Part shown: positions 34,263-44,000 of the stretch, piece after piece
How positions within the stretch are numbered: the stretch's first letter is position 1
Layout of the letters: each line of letters starts with the position of its first letter
Source: a virus
Lineage: Duplodnaviria > Caudoviricetes
DNA length: 64,000 bases
IMG/VR virus record: IMGVR_UViG_3300025389_000021
Location: 1 to 64,000 of that record
Reading direction: 5' to 3' (one strand)
Notes under the pieces: model-generated
The model's database searches: none
The model's input: the letters and a program-made list of their open reading frames with translations, nothing else
What the model was told of the DNA's origin: nothing
Position numbers and translations under genes: made by a program

Positions 34263-36493
34263 TATATTGCACCTGTAAAGATTATATAATTTATTGTTTG
34301 ATAGGGATTCATGATACCTACTGGGATGCCAGTTGCACCCACTACACTACCTGTATTCAAAATTCCTGAACCAACTGTACCTGTACCGGATGTTCCTACA
34401 CTACCAATGGCATGTGGATCCGGAGCTTCTCTAGGAGTATTGACTGCATAAAATTGACTAGTGCCATCATTCAAACTGTGATTGTGATCAGGAAGGTTAG
34501 AAGCAATAAGTGTTACTGTACCATTTGCTGTACTATTACCAGATCCAATATTTTTAGCAGAAATATCTGCTATACGATTGGCAGTACCGCTAGTGTTGCC
34601 ATTCAAATCAACCGTTGTAGTAATTCTAGTACCTGATCCGTCTTTGCTAGGCACTTGAATTCCATTATTCATATTATCTGCACCTAATGGGAAACGTCCA
34701 CGTAGATCAGGAAGTGCAAAAGTTCCAAGACCTTTTAATAAACTAGAAGCTTTATAGGTGTAGCCAATTTTATTATATAAATCTGCATACTGACTGATTA
34801 AAACTTCTGCACCATCACATAATAAATATCCTGTTGGAATAATTGTTCCGGCAAATGGAAAGATCATACCTGTCTGTATTGTAGCCACATGCGCCAACAA
34901 CGTTGCCTTTTCCATTTTTAGCAAACCCTGACCTGATCTATAAACTAAAAGATTGTCGTTTGCATAGGAGTCTGTTGCTTTAGTTTGATTAAAAATAAAG
35001 TCTGGACTTATTTTTGTAGAAAATATAGCAGTTCCAGTAGTACTTTGTCCATTAAAACTTAACTGATTACTAGTAACATCGCCTGTTAAACTAAAAACCG
35101 TAGGACTTGCTAATGAGGCTGCGCTGCCACTGATACTACCTGCTAGTGTTCCAGTAAAAGTTCCACTAAAATTTCCTGCAAAATTGTTTGCATAGATATT
35201 TCTAAAACTTCTTGTACTTGTTCCAATATCATACACGCCACTTGGCACATACGGTATACCAAGGCTTACAGCTTCTGCTGGGCTGGTACTGTAACCTGGA
35301 GTTAACACTGAACCTGTTTTAGGTGCATTTGTATTATCATACCAATTAAAATATTGCTGGCCATTAAACGTTACATCATCGCCTAGCACTGATGTTTTAG
35401 CCACTGCAAGGCCGCCTTGTGTAACAATACTGCCTGTAGCAGTTGTAAATAATGTGCCTGGAGTATAAGAACTATCTATGGTGCTAACTATATTAAGATA
35501 TCCTGGAATATTATTTACAGTATCATCTTTAATTGTTACTGTACCTTTTACATCTAATGTACTAACTGGGGCTGTATTACCATAGCCTACACCAAGCTGT
35601 CCGTTAGCGTTAACACTTAATACAGTATTAACCTTAGCGTTGTTTGTTAGATTAAAATTGATACCAGAACCACTTAATGTCGATTTAATTGTTGGAGTAG
35701 CCGCTTCAATATCTAATATAAAACTACTATTAGATCCAATAGTTAAACCTGCATCAGATCTTATATTAAGGATAGTATTTGTAGTTGTTGTTGTACCTTC
35801 TGTACTTAGAAAGTTACTTGCTGAGATTGTATTACCATTAACTAATAATGCATCTGCTTTTTGTGCAGTACCCCAGAATTTTGTCGGTGCCGCATCTGAT
35901 GTTATAGTAGTTAATGTTGTACCTCTATATACAGTACTAAATCCACTAATTGTAGATTTAGGAATAAATTGATCACTGCTGATAATAGCAATCCTTGTAT
36001 TGTTTACATAGATACTAACAACAGTATGAGCAATATTGTCAGAATCGATAATAGATTCTGCAATTGGACCACTTTGAGCACCTGTACTAAATTGAGGTCC
36101 AACTAGTAGCCAGTTAGATCCAGAAAATATATACAGCTGACTGGTAGATGTATTTGCCCACAAATCTCCTGCTAGACTATTAGCTACCGCAGGAGCAGAG
36201 CCACTCTTTTTAAGACTACCAGCAGTTGTCCATGTTGTTCCATCGTATAATTTTAATATGTTTGTGGCAGTATCATACCAAAGTTGACCTTGTATAGGAT
36301 TGGCAGGACTAGTTGGTGCGGCAAAATTTTCTAACAGGTGTAAAAAATCAGTAGCAATAATGCTACCATAACCTGGATATTGTTGTCCCACAAACCCAAG
36401 ACTAGTATCTGTATTGTTGACAGTGCCATCATTTACTACAATGGCTGGTTTATTTGGATTAGTTGAGTCAGTATATTGAATTTGATATGGCAT
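34262..36493 (-). CDS. Tail fibre protein with phage tail-collar domain (gp12-like)
   Basis: GMIFPFAG...PTGYLLCDG...Y.DLY..IG..Y...F.LPDLRGRFPLG, LPDHNH and PYQTINYII. Confidence 0.85.
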   Translation of the reverse strand: MPYQIQYTDSTNPNKPAIVVNDGTVNNTDTSLGFVGQQYPGYGSIIATDFLHLLENFAAPTSPANPIQGQLWYDTATNILKLYDGTTWTTAGSLKKSGSAPAVANSLAGDLWANTSTSQLYIFSGSNWLLVGPQFSTGAQSGPIAESIIDSDNIAHTVVSIYVNNTRIAIISSDQFIPKSTISGFSTVYRGTTLTTITSDAAPTKFWGTAQKADALLVNGNTISASNFLSTEGTTTTTNTILNIRSDAGLTIGSNSSFILDIEAATPTIKSTLSGSGINFNLTNNAKVNTVLSVNANGQLGVGYGNTAPVSTLDVKGTVTIKDDTVNNIPGYLNIVSTIDSSYTPGTLFTTATGSIVTQGGLAVAKTSVLGDDVTFNGQQYFNWYDNTNAPKTGSVLTPGYSTSPAEAVSLGIPYVPSGVYDIGTSTRSFRNIYANNFAGNFSGTFTGTLAGSISGSAASLASPTVFSLTGDVTSNQLSFNGQSTTGTAIFSTKISPDFIFNQTKATDSYANDNLLVYRSGQGLLKMEKATLLAHVATIQTGMIFPFAGTIIPTGYLLCDGAEVLISQYADLYNKIGYTYKASSLLKGLGTFALPDLRGRFPLGADNMNNGIQVPSKDGSGTRITTTVDLNGNTSGTANRIADISAKNIGSGNSTANGTVTLIASNLPDHNHSLNDGTSQFYAVNTPREAPDPHAIGSVGTSGTGTVGSGILNTGSVVGATGIPVGIMNPYQTINYIIFTGAI

Positions 36494-36503
36494 ATAATTC
36501 TCC

Positions 36504-37112
36504 TTATACTGATACTAAACCAGTTAGACTTTGAATCCTAACTGTATAATCGATTTGTATTAGACGATTTAGACTTTTTAATACTGGATGAAAAATAACG
36601 TGAGTTAATAATAAAGGTGTTCCACCTGTATTACGATTAATTAATCCCAATTCATCAAAAGTAAATGTACTATTGTTGTTATTAACAGCATCAAATGCTG
36701 TTTGATTACTTGGCTCGCCGTAATCTAACAAGCAAGTTACAAATAAATCACTGTAAGTTGTACCGGTTGTATGACGAACTTCTGTGAAATTTCTAGTAGG
36801 ATCAGTATTGGTTGCGCTGTTAGGATCTACCACTTTGGCATATTGTTGACTGTACAAACTAGCATTAGAGCCAGTACTATTAGGAGTCAAATATGTAATA
36901 ATTCCGGTAGGATCAACTGCTGTTCCGCCATTACCAAATGCCATTTGATAAACATATCCGCCCGTAGCAGAGGCTGCCAGCGAATTAGCCAATGCCACGC
37001 TCATGTTCTCATAGTGAATAGCGTTACGTTTGTTCACGAAGGTTTCTTTAGTGGTAGGGTCAAATATATGAATGTGCCCTTCTATATGAATTCCTGTTGC
37101 GTCCTTGTGCAT
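36504..37112 (-). CDS. Probable baseplate/tail-fibre attachment protein
   Basis: MAFGNGG, FDELGL, LLTHVIFHP..KS.NR...I.YT motifs. Structural context. Confidence 0.55.
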   Translation of the reverse strand: MHKDATGIHIEGHIHIFDPTTKETFVNKRNAIHYENMSVALANSLAASATGGYVYQMAFGNGGTAVDPTGIITYLTPNSTGSNASLYSQQYAKVVDPNSATNTDPTRNFTEVRHTTGTTYSDLFVTCLLDYGEPSNQTAFDAVNNNNSTFTFDELGLINRNTGGTPLLLTHVIFHPVLKSLNRLIQIDYTVRIQSLTGLVSV

Positions 37113-37128
37113 AGTGATCTCTCTTTAT

Positions 37129-37140
37129 CTTGTATTTATC
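37129..37140 (-). promoter_or_regulatory. Late-promoter-like ATAAATACAAG
   Basis: Second copy of the 11-mer. Confidence 0.5.
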
Positions 37141-37161
37141 AATGTTTATAATGTGCTAGTT

Positions 37162-38391
37162 TTATCTAGCAATGGTAGTCTGTCTAGGATATGTGGGCCC
37201 TGTTGAAGATCTAAATCCATAATTACGTTTAGGAAATACTGTACCTGTTCGTATTGTTTTGTATAAAGCAGTTCCAATTGGTGGTCCAAGACCGGTTACT
37301 GGATCCCATCCGCTAGTTCCAGCATAGCCGCTGGTTATTTTTGTATTGTTAGTTCCCACAGTTATATCATAAAATGCGCTGGGGTTGGCATAGGCAATAG
37401 TATTCCAATCAGGAGCAGATCTTTTTACTCCTGTTAATTGTAAGTATCTAGCAAGTATGCCTGCCAAAGTTGGACAAGATAAGCTGGTTCCGCCATATCC
37501 GCTGATTGATCCGTTTACATAAACTGCATAGGCATTCATGGGAGCTGAAAAATCTGGTAGTCCTCGAGCATTTAGTGCTGTTGGACTGCCTGTTACACCA
37601 TTAGTAATTGGGGTATAGTATAATCCTGTTTGCCAACTAGGCAAATTAAACAACACGCTTAAACCACCACCGCCACCCCATGTAGTGCCAAACCCTGCGT
37701 CTCTATTGTCATCTGTTTCGCTAGCTCGAGTATTAGTGCCTGAATTGAGTGTTAGTTTTGTACCACCTGCGGATATCACATAAGGACTAGCACTGGGATA
37801 AACTACTCCTAATGCATTCGATGTAGGACTTACTACACTGCCGTAATCTCCAGATGACGCCAAGCAGGTAATTTTTGCAGTTGCCAACTGTTGAAGATAC
37901 TGTTCGTCACTATTATATTCGTTGCCTCCCCAGCTGATAGTAACAATATGTATACCATCGGCAATAGCGGCTGACACCATGCTAGAAAGGTAATTGCCTA
38001 TATAAATTGTGATCTGTGCTTGAGGTGCCATACAGGCCGCACAATAGATATCCACTGTGTTTTCTCCGCTGCCTGTATCTGGACTTACACTGAAAGTACC
38101 GGTCTGACCATCTAACAGCACTTGTCTAACTGTAGGAACTGTATAACTACTACTGATTAGTCCAGCAGTTTGTAAATCACTAAATGACTTGTTCAAATCA
38201 CTTTGAAGGAACCCGCCGCCAAAACTAAAAATTCCAATCTTAACTCCTAAACCAGTAGCAGTAGGAATACTGTATGCTGTTGCTATTTGCGGTGGGGTAA
38301 GATACCCATTGACAGGAATAGCATATGGCGTTTGGCCAGTGTCTGGATCTATTACTGTTTCAGGAATTAAATGTGCAGGAGTGTACGTCAT
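37162..38391 (-). CDS. S53 (sedolisin/kumamolisin) family serine-carboxyl protease, catalytic domain only
   Basis: E-x3-D (GENTVD), ISWG, oxyanion SSGD.G, YPSASPYV..GGT, GGTSLS.P and Ca-site DITVG.N...GWDPVTGLG.P. Confidence 0.9.
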   Translation of the reverse strand: MTYTPAHLIPETVIDPDTGQTPYAIPVNGYLTPPQIATAYSIPTATGLGVKIGIFSFGGGFLQSDLNKSFSDLQTAGLISSSYTVPTVRQVLLDGQTGTFSVSPDTGSGENTVDIYCAACMAPQAQITIYIGNYLSSMVSAAIADGIHIVTISWGGNEYNSDEQYLQQLATAKITCLASSGDYGSVVSPTSNALGVVYPSASPYVISAGGTKLTLNSGTNTRASETDDNRDAGFGTTWGGGGGLSVLFNLPSWQTGLYYTPITNGVTGSPTALNARGLPDFSAPMNAYAVYVNGSISGYGGTSLSCPTLAGILARYLQLTGVKRSAPDWNTIAYANPSAFYDITVGTNNTKITSGYAGTSGWDPVTGLGPPIGTALYKTIRTGTVFPKRNYGFRSSTGPTYPRQTTIAR

Positions 38392-38392
38392 A

Positions 38393-41050
38393 TTAATTTT
38401 CTAATTTTAAGTATGTTATAGTCACTGTAATAGCCTGTGTTGATCCGCTATTATTTGTAATTCTCAAATACATGTTTGTGCTAGGAGTTCCATCAGCATT
38501 GTAACCATATACCGCAGGAGTAAAATAAGTTGTAGTTGCAGTAGTTGTTATTGCTTCTGCTACAACACCACTACCTGGTGTTGGATCTGTTGTGATTGTT
38601 CTGCTACTGTCACTTGACTGTGCTGTAGAACTAGTGTAAATTGATACCCAGGCTCCTGCACTTACCTGAATACTATACAATGCATATCCTTTTGCGGCCG
38701 TAACTGTTGCAGTGGCAGCGGCATTGGCAGCCAAACTTGACGTTGTAGTTGCTACTGTTGCTCTACTACTCAATGCTCCACCAAATGTTGGTGCGGCGCT
38801 AATTACTCCATTATTGATAGTAACTGTAGTTCCGTCAATTTTAACACCACCCAACACACTTGTAGTTGCAGTTGGCAATGTGTATGAATACGCATTACTA
38901 ATTACTCCGTTACTGATAGTAATAGTTGATCCATCAACTTTGACTCCGCCTAACTGTGTAGTACTAGCAGTGGCAAGACCAATTGTACCGCTAGTGTTTA
39001 GGATACCGCTAGTAGTACTTACCGGAATATAAACTCCGCCTAGAGTAGTTGGACTAGCTGATGGCAATGAGTATGTGTAAGGTGCGCTAATAATTCCGTT
39101 ATTAATTGTAACGGTAGTTCCATCTATTTTAACTCCGCCCAATACTGTAGGACTTGAAGTTGGTAAAGTATATTGCGTTGAGCTTATGATACCATTTGAT
39201 ATTGATATCGTGGTTCCGTCAACTTTAACTCCACCTAGTACACTTGTACTTGCAGTTGGCAATGAGTATGCACTGGCACTACTAATAACACCGTTGTTAA
39301 TTGTAATACTAGTGCCGTCAACTTTGACACCACCCAATATACTAGTTGTTGCTGTTGGTAATGTATAGTTTGTATAGTTTGCTGTAATTGTACCGCTAAC
39401 GATACTAATTGTTGAGCCATCAACTTTAACTCCACCTAACACACTTGTACTTGCAGTTGGCAAAGTATAAGACGACTGTACAGCACTAATTACACCATTA
39501 TTAATTGTGACCGTGGTTCCATCTATCTTAACACCACCTAGGGTACTTGTTGTTGCAGTTGGCAATGAGTATGCACTGGCACTACTAATAATCCCTGTTA
39601 CAGGATTGATTATAATTGTTGTACCGTCAGGTTTTACACCACCTAATGAAGTAGCTGTTGCAATCGGTAAAGTATAATTTGTATAATTAGCAGTAATGGT
39701 TCCATTAACAATGCTAATGGTCGATCCGTCAACCTTAACTCCACCTAACACACTTGTACTTGCAGTTGGTAAAGTATAATTTGTATAATTAGATGTGATA
39801 ACACCATTACTGATAGTAATTGTTGAGCCATCGACTTTGACTCCACCAAGCACACTTGTTGTTGCTGTGGGTAGTGTGTATTGTGGTGCTGTAATTACAC
39901 CGTTACTGATAGTAATTGTTGAGCCATCAATTTTGACTCCACCTAACACACTTGTTGTTGCTGTAGGTAATACGCTACTAATAACTCCACTTGTTGCAGT
40001 TATTGTTGTACCGTCAGGTTTTACACCACCAAGTACTGTAGTTGTTGCTTGAGGTAATGTATAACTACCTGTATTAATTGTTAATGTAGCTACACCGCCT
40101 GATACACCTGCGGTCACTCCAGTACCTGTAAAATTCAATGTTGTAACTGCACTTGCTACACCTTGTGTAGTTCCCGAATTTTGAACAGTCACACCAGTAA
40201 TACCAGATCCGCCGGCACCGTTTGTGTTGATGGATGTCATCAATCCTGTTCCAGAATTATAAGAAAAAGTTAATCCGGTTTGAGTTCCACCTGTAAACAT
40301 AGCGGCAGCCACAGCTCTAATATTAGATGCTAGTGCAGAAATGTTTCCGCCACTTGCAGAAATTGTAGTACCGTCAACAGTAACTCCGCCTAGTGTGCTT
40401 GTTGTTGCTTGAGGTAAAGAATAATTTGAACTAATAATTCCGTTGTTTATAGTGACCGTTGACCCATCAATCTTAACTCCACCTAATACACTAGTTGTTG
40501 CAGTAGGTAATGTATAATTATTCCCCGAACTACTGATAACACCGTTGCTAATAGTAATTGTTGATCCGTCGACTTTAACTCCACCTAGTACACTTGTACT
40601 TGCGGTTGGTAGTGAATAATTACTAATTCCGCTTATGACGCCAGTTGTAGGATTAACTATAATGGTTGATCCGTCAACTTTAACTCCGCCTAATGTAGTA
40701 GTAGTCGCAGGAGGAAGAGCATACGAGTAAGGAGCACTTATAACTCCGCCGTTTACTATAACTGTTGATCCGTCAACTTTGACTCCTCCTAGTACACTTG
40801 TACTTGCGGTTGGCAAGGTGTAACTAGAAAAATTAGCACTAATTACACCACCAGCATTGATAGATATAGTTGTACCATCAATCTTAACACCACCTAGTCT
40901 GGATCCCGATGCCACTGGCAATGTATAAGAATTTACTAAACTAGCATACAGCTCAGTAAAATTTGAATTTATTTTAAGGCCGGCGGTACGTAATGTATCT
41001 CCAGTCTTATCTCCAACGGTTGTTCCGGTGTTTATCAGTTGTAAAGCCAT
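38393..41050 (-). CDS. Repeat-rich fibre protein
   Basis: N-terminal gp9/gp10-like INTG...D.TGDTLR.A..KIN.NF.ELY, then 19 repeats of ~33 aa (YTLPTATTSVLGGVKVDG.TITI.NGVIS). Confidence 0.75.
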   Translation of the reverse strand: MALQLINTGTTVGDKTGDTLRTAGLKINSNFTELYASLVNSYTLPVASGSRLGGVKIDGTTISINAGGVISANFSSYTLPTASTSVLGGVKVDGSTVIVNGGVISAPYSYALPPATTTTLGGVKVDGSTIIVNPTTGVISGISNYSLPTASTSVLGGVKVDGSTITISNGVISSSGNNYTLPTATTSVLGGVKIDGSTVTINNGIISSNYSLPQATTSTLGGVTVDGTTISASGGNISALASNIRAVAAAMFTGGTQTGLTFSYNSGTGLMTSINTNGAGGSGITGVTVQNSGTTQGVASAVTTLNFTGTGVTAGVSGGVATLTINTGSYTLPQATTTVLGGVKPDGTTITATSGVISSVLPTATTSVLGGVKIDGSTITISNGVITAPQYTLPTATTSVLGGVKVDGSTITISNGVITSNYTNYTLPTASTSVLGGVKVDGSTISIVNGTITANYTNYTLPIATATSLGGVKPDGTTIIINPVTGIISSASAYSLPTATTSTLGGVKIDGTTVTINNGVISAVQSSYTLPTASTSVLGGVKVDGSTISIVSGTITANYTNYTLPTATTSILGGVKVDGTSITINNGVISSASAYSLPTASTSVLGGVKVDGTTISISNGIISSTQYTLPTSSPTVLGGVKIDGTTVTINNGIISAPYTYSLPSASPTTLGGVYIPVSTTSGILNTSGTIGLATASTTQLGGVKVDGSTITISNGVISNAYSYTLPTATTSVLGGVKIDGTTVTINNGVISAAPTFGGALSSRATVATTTSSLAANAAATATVTAAKGYALYSIQVSAGAWVSIYTSSTAQSSDSSRTITTDPTPGSGVVAEAITTTATTTYFTPAVYGYNADGTPSTNMYLRITNNSGSTQAITVTITYLKLEN
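38795..40930 (-). repeat. Degenerate ~100-bp coding tandem repeats (19 units in two blocks of 6 and 13)
   Basis: Recurrent DNA such as ACTCCACCTA.(T/C)ACACTTGTACTTGC.GTTGG. Boundaries are approximate. Confidence 0.8.
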
Positions 41051-41054
41051 GTTA

Positions 41055-44000
41055 TTATCCTTGATCCATTGTTAAATCGCCCTGATCGAACGATGTGCTA
41101 GGTGCATCAAATGTTAAAGCAACAGCTCTCTTTGCACCCAGTGTCTTATTACTTATTTGATTATACTCTGCATACCAAATACCCGGCTCAGCTTTAATAA
41201 ATTGAGCTATTTCACTAGTATCTACTAAAATATTTGGAGAGTATTTTCCGTCCCAATCTGTTCCTGTACGTTGATATACAGTGACTCTTGTGCCCAAGTC
41301 TACTTTATTAGTCAATCTTACACGAGCACTAGAGCCGTCAACTGCAAAATCTGCGTCAAATCTAACATCGCCCGCAGGACTATAAGGGGCAATATTAACA
41401 TTATGTACACTGTATGGTTGTTTTTTCAAACGTATATTTCCAATAAAGAATTTCCAAAAATACAAATAATTTTCTATTGTTGTTGTGCCGTCTAAGTTGG
41501 TTACTGTAATGTCATCAAAGAAAGTTGCGCCACTTGTATGTGCTTCTTGACATTGATATGTATAACTTCCAACATTGACAATATCTCCAACCGCATATGA
41601 AGATCCGCTAGACCAATCGGCAGTGTCTTTGTAACCTCCAACAAAAACTTCTATTTGGTCTGATTGACCAAAATTTGGAGGAATTATAGTATCATACAGT
41701 GACCAACAAGTTTTCACGGTTGTATTTGCAGGAGTGTAATCGATGGTTGCACTTCTGAGCGATGTTTGCGGGACGAATGTTGTACAATAATAATATTGGC
41801 CATTGTACACTACTACATCATTGATATTGTATGATTGTGAATTATTAAATGTACCAATATATGTATAACCTCGCTGAGCAAACCATTCTAATATTCCTGT
41901 AGTGTCTGTTGTAGATCCGCGCACTGGCACAAAATCTACAGAAACAAAATTTGATCCGTCAGCAATAATTGTCTGAACAGTGATTGTATCTTTATAAGGA
42001 ATAGTCTCACTAGAACTTATATCTTGAACATACGTTCCAGCAGGATTTGATTTTGCAATTCCAGTTCCTAAAATGCCTCTGCGTAATTGACTTAATACAT
42101 TACCATTTTTTGCGTAATATTGTATACGTTCGCCCTGTATTTCAATAATACCTGGAATTTTATTATCTGTACTTGGAACTTGGAAGTTGGATGCATCTGT
42201 CAGTACTATACTAGTGTCTGTCCATAATAAATCTTGTGCCAATGTTGTTCGTTTCTTCAAACTTAATCGAGTAAACGATGTTTTGTTAGTCATATCTTTG
42301 AATTGTACGTAGGCAATTCCTGTTGTTAACACATTAGTGCCATAAGTTAACACTTCAAACACATCGGATAAAGTAGGAATAATTGCCAGTTGAACTGTAA
42401 TTCTATCGTCATTTAATCTGTAGTCTACTCCTGGAACTAGAAGTGTTGAATTTTTTGTAACCCATATATAATTTTCATCTATAACAGATCTTTCAAGTGT
42501 AATTAATCCTCCCGAAACTCCAGTTATAGAGTAATAGACTGGACTGTTAGCTACTAGTGTTGAATTACTTTCAACAATAACTTCTGTTCTTTCAAGGTCA
42601 ACTGAATCATGTTCATATGATGTTAATACTTCTACGATATGAGAACTATCATAGGATTGCGCAAAAGTAATTTGTCTTGTACTAGCATTGTATGTGTAGC
42701 CGTTTGGTAATAGCACACTAACTACAAGTGTTTTTCCTTGATACACTGTATAGGCGGTAGTTGTAATTGTGATGCTAACTACACTTAAATCTACAGTATA
42801 ATCTCTTCCTGCTAATAATAAATTATTTCCTACCAAAACTGATATGCTAGATGCATTGATTGAATAGGGAGGAATTTTATTTGAATTTAACGTATAAGTA
42901 AATTGGTTACTTCCTACTGTAAAATAACTATTAACTGGGGCTGGTAGAATCTGCTGGTCAACCCTTACAATCATGTAAGTTTCATTTGGTAATAAATTGC
43001 CAATTAAATTTTGCAATTGATATGTAGTCGATCCGTTTGTACTAATCCTTTCAGTATTTGTGATGGCAAATGTCTGTTCTGATCCGCTAACAACAATATA
43101 ATTGATTACAGTATTAAGCGCAGGCGGATTAATAAATCTAATTCCTACAGATTTAACTAATACATAATTGCTGTCTGTTTGGAAATACTGAACTTGCGCT
43201 GGCACACCATCAACAAACACAGTAGCAGTAAAATTATCAAGCCACGGTGCTTGGGTAATAAATTCTGTTGTTATTCCGTCGCCGATAAAATAATCTAAAT
43301 CTAAAATATTTTCTCCAGCATATCCTATATTAAAGATTGTTACTATAGAGCTATTAGAAGGTGCTACTGCAAAATTAATGGCACTGTTTTCATAGTCAAT
43401 TGTATAGTCGGTATTCAATGTTTGAATACCCAAATTACCATTTGTACCGGTAACTTTAACCAAAATGCTATTAACTGTAACTGGTTGTTGACCAATTGTA
43501 TAGTTTGTTCTAGATCCGTCAGCAATATAATTGTCTACTTTTATGCGAGCAGAACCCTGTGATGGTCTGTCAAAAACTTTAATAGCAAGAGTATCAACAA
43601 CTTGTCCTGGTACAACTTCTTCAGGAGCAGGACTACTTGTTGGAGTAACTAGGCCGTCACCGTCTAATATAATATCATCTGCCGCTATTCCACTAGCTGT
43701 GGTATAAGCTAAATCTCCTCCAGAAATATCTGTGTCTCTATCTGCAGGAGCAATAGAACCGTCGCTAGTTTCTTGTCTAAATATAAAACTATCACTAGCG
43801 TGTGCTATACCTGCCGGCACTGATACTACACCATCGTGACCGTTAGCATAGATAGTTTGCATAACCGCATAAGGATTAGTAGGACTAGATCCAGAAACAT
43901 CATCATAATCCCCCGCATCTATTCTTATAGGATCAAATTGGCCAATTATATGCACTTCTGTACCGCTAGATGGAGCAATAGCAAATTGAATAACATTAGT

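Noticed and set aside
38393-41050. Regularly spaced DNA repeats resembling a CRISPR array or DGR repeats
   Set aside because: The repeats are degenerate mainly at synonymous positions, keep one long reading frame and have no unique spacers. No cas or reverse transcriptase gene is present.
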